A stretch of DNA of 64,000 nt, taken from NCBI GenBank assembly GCA_026393335.1, contig JAPLAJ010000053.1, positions 13,521-77,520 of the forward strand, read 5' to 3'. Shown here one piece after another: positions 28,503 through 38,578 of the stretch. The stretch comes from Rhodoluna sp. Lineage in GTDB: Bacteria > Actinomycetota > Actinomycetes > Actinomycetales > Microbacteriaceae. Each line of letters begins with the position of its first letter. Within the stretch, counting starts at the first letter, position 1. The notes beneath the pieces are model-generated. The model did no database searches and was not told where the DNA came from. It worked only from the letters and a program-made list of their open reading frames with translations. The translations under genes and the position numbers were made by a program.

Positions 28503-29858
28503 TCAGTCGTTCTTAAAGGCAGCTTTGAGAAAGTCTTCACGATCAACAAGCTTGACTCTTTCACGATCTTGGGATGCTCCGATAGCTTTCTCAGTTGCAT
28601 CGATCTTTAGCCACTCTGGCCAACCTAGGAACTGCACACTCTTTGAATTTAGAAGTGCAACTATGTCATCTTCATGAGCGTGCTCTGGTTGCCACCATGT
28701 TGCTCTGTCTTCAATCACACAAGCAATTGTTTCCATGGCATCGCTCTTGGTGTGACCAATAAGACCTACTGGTCCTCGCTTGATCCAGCCAGTTGCATAA
28801 ACACCAGGTATTGGTTCACCTGAGGAATCTAGAACTCTTCCTGCAGCATTGGTGATAACACCATACTTGTTATCAAAAGGAATTGAATCTAGTTCTGAAC
28901 CAAAGTAACCAATCGCTCTGTATACGGCTTGAACAGGGAATTCACGAATCTCTCCAGTTGCTGTAACCCCACCCTTACCATCAAGTTCAGTTCTCTCAAT
29001 CTTGATAGCAGTGACCTTGCCATCTTCACCAACTATTTCTTTAGGCGAACTAAAGAAATGCAGGTGAAGCCTCTTTGTGGCTCCAGTTAATTCTTTGCCT
29101 CTGTGACTCTCGAGAGTGTTGACCATAACTCTGGTCTGGTTGTTGGTATCAATGGCTTCTTGTGATCCAGCATCGTATTTGAAGTCTTCGTCATAAACGA
29201 TGGTGTCAACACCTTCGATATCACACGCTTCACGAAGCTCAAGTGGTGTGAACTTCACTTGAGCAGGACCACGTCTACCGAAGACGTGAACATCAGTAAC
29301 TGGAGATGCTAGCAGTCCTTGATAAACGTTGTCAGGAATGTCGGTTGAGAGAAGATCTTCTGGTTGCTTAGCCAAGATACGTGCTACGTCTAGAGCTACG
29401 TTTCCGTTTCCTAGCACAGCAACTTCTTTAGCGTGTAGTGGCCAGGTTCTAGGGAAATCTGGATGAGCGTCATACCAGTTCACGAAATCAGCAGCACCAT
29501 AGCTACCATCAAGTTCAACACCAGGGATGTTTAGTTCTGCATCTTTGATTGCACCGGTTGCAAAGATAACTGCGTTGTAGTGAGCCTTTAGTTCATCGAG
29601 AGTGATATCAGTTCCATACTTCACATTTCCAAAGAAGCGGATGTCTCCTCTATCTAGAACTTCATAGAGGGCTCTAATGATTCCTTTGATTCTTGGGTGA
29701 TCAGGAGCAACTCCATAGCGAACTAAACCATATGGTGCAGGAAGTAAATCAAATAGGTCAATGCTCACATCAAAGTCTCTTTCAGCTTTGATGATTAGAT
29801 CCGCTGCATAGATACCGGCAGGGCCAGCACCAACTATTGCTAAACGCATTTTGTTCAA
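28503..29858 (-). CDS. fprA: FprA-like NADPH-ferredoxin (adrenodoxin-type) reductase
   Basis: It contains RLAIVGAGPAGIYAA (FAD GxGxxG) and a second nucleotide-binding motif VAVLGNGNVALDVARIL. The length of about 450 aa matches mycobacterial FprA. Confidence 0.85.
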   Translation of the reverse strand: MNKMRLAIVGAGPAGIYAADLIIKAERDFDVSIDLFDLLPAPYGLVRYGVAPDHPRIKGIIRALYEVLDRGDIRFFGNVKYGTDITLDELKAHYNAVIFATGAIKDAELNIPGVELDGSYGAADFVNWYDAHPDFPRTWPLHAKEVAVLGNGNVALDVARILAKQPEDLLSTDIPDNVYQGLLASPVTDVHVFGRRGPAQVKFTPLELREACDIEGVDTIVYDEDFKYDAGSQEAIDTNNQTRVMVNTLESHRGKELTGATKRLHLHFFSSPKEIVGEDGKVTAIKIERTELDGKGGVTATGEIREFPVQAVYRAIGYFGSELDSIPFDNKYGVITNAAGRVLDSSGEPIPGVYATGWIKRGPVGLIGHTKSDAMETIACVIEDRATWWQPEHAHEDDIVALLNSKSVQFLGWPEWLKIDATEKAIGASQDRERVKLVDREDFLKAAFKND

Positions 29859-29876
29859 GTTAATTCAAATCCTTTT

Positions 29877-30881
29877 TTACTGTTCGCGGTCAACAACTGC
29901 CTCAGCGAATACTCGCAGAGCGTCTTTGACTGGTGAATCTGGTAGTGGTGCTAGAGCTGCCACAGCATCTGCTGCCCATTTCTTGGCTAACTGGTAAGCC
30001 TCTTCCAAAGCAGGGTGCTCACGAAGCCTCGCTACCGCTAGTGCTAACTGGTCATCATCTTCGAGCCCAGCATCAATTATCTCAATAAGTTCTTTAGCCT
30101 TAGGGTCAGTGGCTGCATGGGCTCTAAGTAGAAGGGTTGGCATGGTTGGCACACCTGCACGAAGGTCAGTACCTGGTGTCTTACCTGACTGATCTGATGC
30201 AATGTCAATAACGTCATCGATTAGCTGGAAGGCTACCCCAACCTTCTCACCATAGATTCTCATCGGTTCACGATATTCATCTGGACCGTCACCATAGACA
30301 ACACCTAGTTCGGCACTAGCTGCAATTAGTGATCCAGTCTTGTCAGCAAGAACTTGAATGTAGTGATCGATCGGGTCTTCATTGTTCTGCGGACCTAGGG
30401 TTTCGTGTAGCTGGCCTAAACATAATCTTTCAAAAGTATCTGCTTGCAAAGAAAGTGCTTTGCCACCCAAACGACTAACAATCTGTGATGCTCTTGCAAA
30501 GAGTAAATCTCCAGTCAAGATAGCAACGCTGTTACCCCAAACCTCATGAGCTGTTGGTACACCTCTGCGCATTGGAGCTCTGTCCATAACGTCATCGTGA
30601 TACAGAGTTGCAAGATGTGTGAGTTCAACAACTACTGCTGCCTTGACAACTTGATCCTTAGAGTCATCACCTAAAGCTGCGCCTAGTAAAACTAGAACTG
30701 GACGAAGTCGCTTGCCACCTGCTTCAAGTAAATGTCTTGAAGTTACATTGGCAACAGGATCTGTGTGGGTAACAGCTTCAAGTAATTGAATCTCAACCTG
30801 CTCTAAACCAGACTGAATCTTCTTTAGTAGCGCTTTATCAACTACCTTACGTAGTTGTGGCGGAAGAACTATCTTGTTCAT
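29877..30881 (-). CDS. Polyprenyl diphosphate synthase (GrcC1-like, menaquinone side chain)
   Basis: Two Asp-rich motifs are present: LYHDDVMD and LIDDVIDI. Its start/stop overlaps menG. Confidence 0.88.
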   Translation of the reverse strand: MNKIVLPPQLRKVVDKALLKKIQSGLEQVEIQLLEAVTHTDPVANVTSRHLLEAGGKRLRPVLVLLGAALGDDSKDQVVKAAVVVELTHLATLYHDDVMDRAPMRRGVPTAHEVWGNSVAILTGDLLFARASQIVSRLGGKALSLQADTFERLCLGQLHETLGPQNNEDPIDHYIQVLADKTGSLIAASAELGVVYGDGPDEYREPMRIYGEKVGVAFQLIDDVIDIASDQSGKTPGTDLRAGVPTMPTLLLRAHAATDPKAKELIEIIDAGLEDDDQLALAVARLREHPALEEAYQLAKKWAADAVAALAPLPDSPVKDALRVFAEAVVDREQ

Positions 30882-31576
30882 TTACTTGCCTTCTTAGCGC
30901 TATGAATAGCTACGATTCCAAAACTTGAATTCTTATAGGTTGCATCTTTAAATCCAGCATCAACTAACCACTGCACAAGCACTTCTTGCTTAGGCCAAGC
31001 AGCAATAGATTCTGAAAGGTAGTCGTAGGCACCTTTATTCTTTGCCAGTAACTTACTAAGTGTTGGGAGAACGTTGGCTAGGTACCAGCGGTATAAAGAA
31101 CCAATGACCGGAGTTCTAACATGAGAGAACTCGCAGATAACTACTACCCCGCCTGGCTTTAGAACTCGCAACATCTCTGCCAGAGCTTTCTTTGGATCAA
31201 CTACATTTCTAAGTCCAAAAGAAATAGTTACGGCATCTACTGATTCATCACCGAAAGGTAACTGCGTTGCATCTGCATAGACAAATTCAAGTTCTGGATG
31301 GCGCGCTCTTCCAACTGCCAACATGCCTTCACTAAAATCACTGGCAATAACTTTGACCCCAGGCTTAGCGAAAACAACAGATGATGAACCGGTGCCGGCT
31401 GCTAGATCTAGAACGGTTTGTCCACTGGTTGGATTAACGCTCTTCAAAACTTTTTTACGCCATAAACGGTCTTGACCGAAGGAAAGGAGATCATTTGTGC
31501 GGTCGTAGCTCTCAGCAACCGAATCAAACATGGCTGCGACTTCTGCCGGCTTTTTAGCCATATCCGCTTTATTCAC
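30878..31576 (-). CDS. menG: Demethylmenaquinone methyltransferase
   Basis: It is UbiE/MenG-like (FDSVAESYDRTNDLLSFGQDRLWRK) with the SAM motif VLDLAAGTG. Confidence 0.9.
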   Translation of the reverse strand: MNKADMAKKPAEVAAMFDSVAESYDRTNDLLSFGQDRLWRKKVLKSVNPTSGQTVLDLAAGTGSSSVVFAKPGVKVIASDFSEGMLAVGRARHPELEFVYADATQLPFGDESVDAVTISFGLRNVVDPKKALAEMLRVLKPGGVVVICEFSHVRTPVIGSLYRWYLANVLPTLSKLLAKNKGAYDYLSESIAAWPKQEVLVQWLVDAGFKDATYKNSSFGIVAIHSAKKASK

Positions 31577-31623
31577 TAGCCAAGTCTAATCTTTGACCTG
31601 ATTAGTATCTACTGCTCGAATGA

Positions 31624-32157
31624 CTAAAGATTGTTCGATTTTGTTCCTTTGCTTCTATAAGCACCAAAAGAGGCAAGTCCTAGTAGCCCGAAAGCTGCAA
31701 TCCCTAGACCGATAACCAATGTTCTAGCCCCGTCCATGAACTCATCGGCTGGAGTTACCGTAGTTAGAACTAAACCTTTGACTGGCAATGGATCGAGTTT
31801 GTAAGGGTCAAAGCCTTTAACCTGCTCGGTACCGATAACACCAATTTGTTGCCCAATGAAGTTTGATCTTTGGGACTGCTCTGCACCGGTAGGCAGTATT
31901 GGCAGAATGTAGCTATCTGGGTTTTCTTGCTTACCCATGTTCATAATCACCGGTGGGATTACTACACCCTCATAGTTTTCGTAGTTCTCTTCAATTTCAT
32001 TGTGACGTTGAGTGAGTTCATCGTGTTCTTGTTCAACGTTTTCAGTGGTAACAGTTGTATCTGTCTCTTCTTCGTGCTCATCTGCGAAGCTGGCAGACGG
32101 AATTGTCAAAAAGGATAGGAGAACTAGAGCTGCGAGAGTATTTAGAACTTTCGGCAT
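31624..32157 (-). CDS. Hypothetical secreted acidic protein with a C-terminal membrane anchor. The start is revised to ATG 32157.
   Basis: AAGGAG precedes the internal ATG. The signal peptide is MPKVLNTLAALVLLSFLTIPSASFA. An Asp/Glu-rich segment follows, and the C-terminus is a TM helix plus the basic tail YRSKGTKSNNL. Confidence 0.55.
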   Translation of the reverse strand: MPKVLNTLAALVLLSFLTIPSASFADEHEEETDTTVTTENVEQEHDELTQRHNEIEENYENYEGVVIPPVIMNMGKQENPDSYILPILPTGAEQSQRSNFIGQQIGVIGTEQVKGFDPYKLDPLPVKGLVLTTVTPADEFMDGARTLVIGLGIAAFGLLGLASFGAYRSKGTKSNNL

Positions 32158-32276
32158 CTTTAGCTCCTTCCACTGATTTAGGCTTGTATTTAGGATATCC
32201 CAGTCAAAAGCCAGTAGTTTAGGCTCGCAGGGGGTTTCACAGAGAATGCTCAGACGAAGATAACGGACATAAATAC

Positions 32277-33506
32277 TTGAACCTAAAGGTGAATTCAAGG
32301 CTCATTGCAGCCAGTGAATTGGGTCTAAGCGAAGGCTTCAGCTTTGCAGATCTCCTGGGTTCAAATAGTTCAGCCTTTATATACGAGCATCAAGGCTTGA
32401 TCGGCTGGGGTGAAGCTCTGAGGCTTGAAGCATCAGGGCCTGATCGAGTTCTTGATTTAGACCAGTCCTGGTCAGACCTAGTTGCCAGCGCAGACATTGA
32501 AGATTCAGTGAACCTGCCTGGCTCAGGTCTAGTCTCTTTCGGATCTATAGCCTTTTCAGCTCAAAGTAAAACATGCAGCGTTTTAGTGATTCCAAAAGTT
32601 GTGATCGGCAAACTAAATGAGAGCCTCTGGATCACAACAATAAACATCTCTGAAGAAGATGGCTTAGCGCTTATTGATTTAGAGAGTTCATTTAGTTCCG
32701 CCTACTTTGAACCTGGTCAAATCTCTCTAGAGCAATACAAACTCAATGTTGATAAAGCCCTAACCGCTATCAACAGTGGTGTGATTGAGAAGGTCGTGCT
32801 GGCTCGAGATCTCAAGGCAACCGTTTCTAAAGATTTCAATATCAACCCAGCGCTTAAAAAGCTAGAGAGCAAGTTCGACACTTGCTATATCTATTCGGTA
32901 ACTGGGTTATTTGGAGCAAGCCCAGAACTTCTAGTAAAGGTGTATCACTCAGAGGTAAGCGCTCGAGTGCTAGCTGGAACTGCTGGTCGTGGCACAGATC
33001 CTGGTGTCGATCAGGCAATTGGAACAGCGCTTATTGAATCCACTAAAAACAGAGCAGAGCACAAGTTCGCAATTGATTCACTAGTTTCTGAGCTTGAAGA
33101 ATTTTGTGTCGAGATCAATGTCGATGCCCAGCCATTTAGCATGGCACTGCCAAACCTTTGGCATTTAGCTAGCGATGTTAAAGCTGTGCTCAATTCAGAA
33201 TCTAGTTCGCTACAAATAGTTAGCGCCTTGCATCCATCAGCCGCTGTTGCCGGCACACCTAGAGATAAAGCATTAGCTGTTATAGATGAGATTGAAAATG
33301 TTGACCGTGGCAGATACGCAGGTCCTGTCGGTTGGCTAGGTGCAGATGGTGATGGAGTATGGGCTATAGCGCTTAGAGGTGCTCAGCTAACTAAAGAAAC
33401 TCTTACTGCCTTTGCTGGCTGTGGGATTGTTGCAGGTTCTGAAGCTCAGGCTGAATTAGAAGAAGCAATTCTAAAATTTAAGCCAATAGTTGATGCGCTT
33501 AGCTAG
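32277..33506 (+). CDS. menF: Isochorismate synthase (TTG start, alternative GTG 32289)
   Basis: The chorismate-binding C-terminus reads HPSAAVAGTPRDKALAVIDEIENVDRGRYAGPVGWLG...AGCGIVAGSE. Confidence 0.88.
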   Translation: MNLKVNSRLIAASELGLSEGFSFADLLGSNSSAFIYEHQGLIGWGEALRLEASGPDRVLDLDQSWSDLVASADIEDSVNLPGSGLVSFGSIAFSAQSKTCSVLVIPKVVIGKLNESLWITTINISEEDGLALIDLESSFSSAYFEPGQISLEQYKLNVDKALTAINSGVIEKVVLARDLKATVSKDFNINPALKKLESKFDTCYIYSVTGLFGASPELLVKVYHSEVSARVLAGTAGRGTDPGVDQAIGTALIESTKNRAEHKFAIDSLVSELEEFCVEINVDAQPFSMALPNLWHLASDVKAVLNSESSSLQIVSALHPSAAVAGTPRDKALAVIDEIENVDRGRYAGPVGWLGADGDGVWAIALRGAQLTKETLTAFAGCGIVAGSEAQAELEEAILKFKPIVDALS

Positions 33507-35104
33507 TCCAACTGCACTTCAATAATCACTCGACCCTTGATCTCTAGGGCTAACTCGTAATCACTAACTGTCTTAGGGTTTAGATACTTCCAGCCGTAAG
33601 CTTCCGCAAGTTTAGAAATGTCGACATTTTGAGGTGTTTGAAATATCCTCTTGAAAGTATTTGGCTCAACACTTTGGGCAACTTCCAGATTGCTAAAGAT
33701 CTTTCCGCCGTTGTCATTGACAACTATTACCTGAATATCTAGTGGTCCATCATTTGCATCCAGAGCTAATGAACCAACATCGTGCAAGAAGGTGAGGTCT
33801 CCCATCAAAGCCCTGACCTGTTTGTCTGGTTCTTGAATAGCAATACCGGTTGCTGTTCCAATGGTTCCATCGATACCTGATAGACCTCGGTTAGCCCATG
33901 CTCTAACTTCAATAGCTGGCGCGTAGAAGTCAGCTTCTCTAATTAGTTGTGAAGCACCTAGAACCAATATGTTCTCTGTAACAGGGGATGCTTCCCAAGT
34001 CTTTACAACTATTGCTTGTCTATCTAGCTCGCCACCAAGTGGGCTAATGTCTTTAGCTGATTCTTGAAGCCAGGTACCCAACCACTTCTGATTAGCAGCA
34101 CCTACTATTGAGCTCTTTACTTTAGTTACATCATTGCCAATTTCAAAAGAGCCCATTTGGCCTTCACGAACAAACACTTTTACATCGTTTCGTCTCAGTA
34201 ATGAGACCACAGTTCTACTAAGGGTAGGTTTGCCATAAACAATCACTTGCTTTATTTGTCCAGCTAGTTCTAAATCATTTGCCAAGACAGAGCGATAAGA
34301 AAGAACTGATTCAGGAATATGCCTTACTCCAGATGTTGGTTCAGCAAAGACCGGTAGCCCAAGACTTCTGATCTCACTGATATGTATTCCAGCGTTAGCA
34401 CCTGCCACAACAACTGTTGGTATATCTAGCTCGAGTTGGAAGCTTTCATCATCGAGTTCCTTGACCGATTCTTCTTTGTAGTCTGCATCTTCGAGGCTTT
34501 CAAGAATCTCTGCAGCATCAGGAGTAATTGCAGACAAAGGTTCAATGAACTGTAAATTCAACTGAACTGGCTGAGCTCTCTCTCCCCAAGCCAACAACAC
34601 TGCCTTCTCAACTAATTCTTTTGCTAGTTGAGGAAGTTTAGCGATGTCTTTTTCAGTAGGTGCTGGGACATCAATGCACTCGATAACTGCATCGGAGAAT
34701 ATACCGACCTGGTTTGTAGTTTGGTTAGCGCCTTTATCTCTAAGCTCTGCTGGTCTATCAGCAGTTAGCAGGATTAGACCAAGCCCTGAATGATGTGCTT
34801 CTAGAACTGCAGGATGTAAGTTAGCCACCGCTGTGCCAGAGGTAGTGATAATTACCTGAGGTCCACCATAAACAGCTGCACCCAAAGCATTAAAGCCAAG
34901 TGATCTCTCATCAATACGAACATGTAGGTTTGCTCTACCTGCATCAGCTACCTGAGCTGCTGCAATAGCCAATGCTTGTGATCTAGCTCCTGGTGCTAGC
35001 CAAAAATCTCTACCCCAAGCAGCAAGTTCAGCAATGATGTGAGCTGAGAATATTTGAGCTGGTGAAACTAAATCATTAGAAGAAGCTGGCTGATTATTTG
35101 TCAT
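33503..35104 (-). CDS. menD: 2-succinyl-5-enolpyruvyl-6-hydroxy-3-cyclohexene-1-carboxylate synthase
   Basis: It carries the ThDP motif GDLTFLHD...VVNDNGGKIF. It lies in the men cluster. Confidence 0.9.
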   Translation of the reverse strand: MTNNQPASSNDLVSPAQIFSAHIIAELAAWGRDFWLAPGARSQALAIAAAQVADAGRANLHVRIDERSLGFNALGAAVYGGPQVIITTSGTAVANLHPAVLEAHHSGLGLILLTADRPAELRDKGANQTTNQVGIFSDAVIECIDVPAPTEKDIAKLPQLAKELVEKAVLLAWGERAQPVQLNLQFIEPLSAITPDAAEILESLEDADYKEESVKELDDESFQLELDIPTVVVAGANAGIHISEIRSLGLPVFAEPTSGVRHIPESVLSYRSVLANDLELAGQIKQVIVYGKPTLSRTVVSLLRRNDVKVFVREGQMGSFEIGNDVTKVKSSIVGAANQKWLGTWLQESAKDISPLGGELDRQAIVVKTWEASPVTENILVLGASQLIREADFYAPAIEVRAWANRGLSGIDGTIGTATGIAIQEPDKQVRALMGDLTFLHDVGSLALDANDGPLDIQVIVVNDNGGKIFSNLEVAQSVEPNTFKRIFQTPQNVDISKLAEAYGWKYLNPKTVSDYELALEIKGRVIIEVQLD

Positions 35105-35387
35105 TATCGTTTTTGAAACGAGACCCTAAATCTCTCAGGAAGTCAGCATCATCATCTGGTGCAATCGGACGTGAGCGCTTAGCTCCTTGACCAGAGTCAC
35201 CATCAATAGGTCTTCCAATAGTGATATACAAAAGACCACCGATGATTGGAATGAACAGACACAGTAAAACCCAGACAATCTTTGGTAATACTCTTACCTG
35301 TCTAGGGTTAGCGCTAGCAGCATAGACGGTAGTGAATATCTGGAAGATTGCCACAGCTACGATTACGGCTAGTTGGATTCTGTTCAT
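35094..35387 (-). CDS. PLD-nuclease-N-terminal (PLDc_N) small membrane protein
   Basis: The 97-aa product contains PKIVWVLLCLFIPIIGGLLYITIGRP, typical of PLDc_N. Confidence 0.7.
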   Translation of the reverse strand: MNRIQLAVIVAVAIFQIFTTVYAASANPRQVRVLPKIVWVLLCLFIPIIGGLLYITIGRPIDGDSGQGAKRSRPIAPDDDADFLRDLGSRFKNDNDK

Positions 35388-35426
35388 GAGTCAATTCTAA
35401 CCGAGCACCAAACATAGACTAAAGAC

Positions 35427-35723
35427 ATGAGAAATGTTTGGCTCAAATACACCGTATACAGACTTGGCATGTTCATTGGGCTGTGCATAGTCTTTGGAAT
35501 CCTAGGTATGCCTTGGATATTCACAGTGCTTCTAGCTGCCATGCTCTCCTTCGCATTCTCAATGTTCTTCCTAGGTCATCTAAGAGATGAGATAAGTAAG
35601 CAGATTTTTCAGAAGCGTTCTAACACCTTAGGTTCAGGAGACCCTGAGAGTGATTTAGAGAACGATATTGTTGACCTAGAAGCTAAGAGTAAAAAGTCCC
35701 CAGCAAAGCCCAACGGCGAATAA
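35427..35723 (+). CDS. DUF4229-like small membrane protein
   Basis: The 98-aa product has two TM helices followed by a charged tail. Such genes usually neighbour menA in actinobacteria. Confidence 0.6.
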   Translation: MRNVWLKYTVYRLGMFIGLCIVFGILGMPWIFTVLLAAMLSFAFSMFFLGHLRDEISKQIFQKRSNTLGSGDPESDLENDIVDLEAKSKKSPAKPNGE

Positions 35724-36554
35724 CAGCGCTGTAAAGCTAGTTAGCTGTAGAGCAAGAATCAGATCTTTAGGCTTCTTGGCTGTAATAGCAATGATGTTGA
35801 TGAACAACACTGGCAGCAAAAGCAAGTTCACAATAAATGTAGCCGGAGCTATGAACCATAGAGGCGAAACAATTGAGAACGGTGCCCAGGTCAACACAAA
35901 GAACAGAACCAGAGAAGCAGTCTTGCCAATCCTTGTTGAAAGAGTCTTCTTACCACTTAGTCGATCAGTTTCTATATCTCTAATGTTGTTTACCAACAAC
36001 ACAGCGGTCGCAAAACAGCCTGCAGCTATTCCACCAAACACACTGAGAATGTTGATCTCCAGTGTCTGAATGTAGTCAGTTCCAATGGTTGCAACTAGCC
36101 CAAAGAAGATAAAGACAATCACTTCACCAAGTCCTGCATAGCCATATGGGTTCTTTCCACCGGTATAAAACCAAGCAGCAAGAATACAAACCAGACCAAC
36201 AAGAATGAACCACCACTGAGCGGTTAGAACTGTAACAACTAAACCGAATGCTCCAGCCAAAGCAAAGGAAAGAAAGGCAGCATTTCTAACCTTCTTAGGT
36301 TCAACAAAGCCACCACCGGTTAGTCTTGCTGGACCAACTCTGTTCTTATCTGTTCCTTTAATGCCATCACTGTAATCATTTGAGTAGTTCACGCCTATTT
36401 GAAGAAAAAGGGCTACAGCCAAAGCTAAGAGAACTAAACCTAGGTTGAACTTCGCTGCCACCTGAGCAGTTCCAGCACCAATAAGAATTGGAGCAACTGC
36501 TAGTGGCAATGTGCGAACTCTTGCGCCTTTGATCCATAACTTAACTGAACTCAT
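35676..36554 (-). CDS. menA: 1,4-dihydroxy-2-naphthoate polyprenyltransferase
   Basis: It is UbiA-family, with NYSNDYSDGIKGTD and a second Asp motif NNIRDIETD. Confidence 0.9.
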   Translation of the reverse strand: MSSVKLWIKGARVRTLPLAVAPILIGAGTAQVAAKFNLGLVLLALAVALFLQIGVNYSNDYSDGIKGTDKNRVGPARLTGGGFVEPKKVRNAAFLSFALAGAFGLVVTVLTAQWWFILVGLVCILAAWFYTGGKNPYGYAGLGEVIVFIFFGLVATIGTDYIQTLEINILSVFGGIAAGCFATAVLLVNNIRDIETDRLSGKKTLSTRIGKTASLVLFFVLTWAPFSIVSPLWFIAPATFIVNLLLLPVLFINIIAITAKKPKDLILALQLTSFTALLFAVGLCWGLFTLSF

Positions 36555-37672
36555 TAGATACCTTCACTAAATAGTTGTCTCAAACTAACTAAATCTGTCT
36601 TGCCATTAGAAAGCCTTGGCAACCTATCAACTCGAATAACCCTAATCGGTTTAGCAGCTATCCCTAGTTGTTCAAACACTGCCCCAGCCATGAAGTCTGC
36701 TACCTCAGGAGAACCAACATAAGCAATCCCCACACGCTCTCCCCACTCAGTTGAACTAACAGCTGTTGCCCCTACTTCAACTACCCCTGGCACACTTCCA
36801 GCAACTGCTTCAACCTGATCAAGACTCATCTTTAATCCACCAGAGATCATTACTCGATCTGCTCTACCCAGAATACGTAGAAGACCTTGGTCATCGATTT
36901 CACCAATGTCTTGAGTAACTAGATAACCATCTTCACTAGCAACATCATTAGCCAACATTGCACCTTTGATAGCAACACGACCATCATCTAACTTGATGTC
37001 AACACCGCTAAGAGCTTTACCGTCATAGACACAACCACCACTTGTTTCAGCCATGCCATAGCTCTCAACAACATTGATGTTTCTCTCTCCAAAGAAAGAA
37101 AGCACTTCAGGGCTAGTTGCTTGACCACCGACAAGAATTGCTGTGAAGCGTTGTAAGAGCTTCACTAGGAAAGGATCTTGAGAAGCTAGCTGCTGCAATC
37201 GCACTAACTGAGTTGGAACAACAGAGGTGAACTTAGCATCTGCAGTAAGCATTGTTGAAGATAAAGCAAACGCTTCAGGTGTAAAAGGAACAGCAGTGTT
37301 CATCACAATTGGTTGAACATCAGCAAGGATTGATCTAACCAAGACTTGAATACCTGCAATGTAGTTGATGGGAAGAGTCAGTAACCACTGTCCTTTAGTG
37401 CCAAAGTGTTCTTCAGTTGCTTTAGCGCTGGCTATCAGTGCTTTAGCGCTGATACTGATTCTTTTAGGAATTCCTGTTGAACCACTACTCTCAACAATCA
37501 GCGCAGTGTTTGAATCAACAAACTCAGTTAAACCCTCTACTTTTACTTTCTCCCCGTTTATTTCTCTTGGAGAAATAAACACTGCACACTTACCTTCAAG
37601 TGCATCAGTTAGAGCAAGTAGAGCACCAAGCACATCATTAGCTGGAATTACTCTTAGAGGAATTTGGTTCAT
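36554..37672 (-). CDS. menE: o-succinylbenzoate-CoA ligase
   Basis: It carries the AMP-binding motif ESSGSTGIPKRI, then YGMAETSG and a C-terminal LSNGKTD. It lies between menB and menA. Confidence 0.85.
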   Translation of the reverse strand: MNQIPLRVIPANDVLGALLALTDALEGKCAVFISPREINGEKVKVEGLTEFVDSNTALIVESSGSTGIPKRISISAKALIASAKATEEHFGTKGQWLLTLPINYIAGIQVLVRSILADVQPIVMNTAVPFTPEAFALSSTMLTADAKFTSVVPTQLVRLQQLASQDPFLVKLLQRFTAILVGGQATSPEVLSFFGERNINVVESYGMAETSGGCVYDGKALSGVDIKLDDGRVAIKGAMLANDVASEDGYLVTQDIGEIDDQGLLRILGRADRVMISGGLKMSLDQVEAVAGSVPGVVEVGATAVSSTEWGERVGIAYVGSPEVADFMAGAVFEQLGIAAKPIRVIRVDRLPRLSNGKTDLVSLRQLFSEGI

Positions 37673-37676
37673 AGAT

Positions 37677-38561
37677 TTAGAAGTGCCAAGGAAATGGCGA
37701 CCAGTCCGGTGCTCTTTTTTCTAGGAAGCTTGTCTTTCCTTCATTTGCTTCATCTGTTCCATAAGCCATACGGGTTGCTTCACCAGCAAATAGCTGTTGA
37801 CCCACTAGACCATCGTCAATCATGTTCATTCCATATTTCAATAAACGGATTGACTGTGGGGATTTAGTTAAGATCTCTTTAGCCCACTCAACACCTTTAA
37901 CTTCAAGTTCAGCATGAGGTACAACAGCGTTAACAACACCCATCTCGTAAGCACGTTGCGCTGAATACTCTTGAGCTAAGAAGAAGATCTCTCTAGCAAA
38001 TTTCTGACCAACCTGACGAGCAAGATAAGCAGAACCATATCCTGCATCAAAAGACCCAACATCAGCATCTGTCTGCTTGAAGCGTGCATGCTCACTTGAA
38101 GCAATAGAAAGATCAGCAACAACATTTAGTGAATGTCCGCCGCCAGCAGCCCAACCAGGCACTAGAGCAATAACAACCTTCGGCATAAAGCGCATAAGTC
38201 TTTGAACCTCAAGAATGTGTAGTCGTCCTGAACTACTATCCCCATACTCATAACCTGCACGACCACGGACTCTTTGGTCTCCACCAGAAGAGAAAGCCCA
38301 GCCACCATCTTTGGGTGAAGGACCATTACCAGTTAGAAGAACAACACCAACATCAGTTAGACCTTGAGCGTGAGTTAGCGCTCTAGCTAGCTCATCAACT
38401 GTCTGTGGTCTGAAAGCATTTCTAACCTCAGGACGGTTGAAAGCAATACGAACAACCCCTAGAGACACATGCTTGTGATAGGTAATGTCAGTTATATCAG
38501 CAAAACCATCAACTTCAGACCAGATAGTTGCATCAAAGAGCTCAGATACGTGTTTGGACAT
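37677..38561 (-). CDS. menB: 1,4-dihydroxy-2-naphthoyl-CoA synthase
   Basis: It has a crotonase fold with VVLLTGNG...FSSGGDQRVRG and VPGWAAGGGHSL. Confidence 0.93.
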   Translation of the reverse strand: MSKHVSELFDATIWSEVDGFADITDITYHKHVSLGVVRIAFNRPEVRNAFRPQTVDELARALTHAQGLTDVGVVLLTGNGPSPKDGGWAFSSGGDQRVRGRAGYEYGDSSSGRLHILEVQRLMRFMPKVVIALVPGWAAGGGHSLNVVADLSIASSEHARFKQTDADVGSFDAGYGSAYLARQVGQKFAREIFFLAQEYSAQRAYEMGVVNAVVPHAELEVKGVEWAKEILTKSPQSIRLLKYGMNMIDDGLVGQQLFAGEATRMAYGTDEANEGKTSFLEKRAPDWSPFPWHF

Positions 38562-38578
38562 ACTCCTAGACTAACAAT

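Noticed and set aside
31624-32157. A possible sortase signal (LPTGA) in the acidic secreted protein.
   Set aside because: The sequence is L-P-T-G-A, not LPxTG, and it lies about 90 residues before the C-terminal TM helix rather than directly in front of it.
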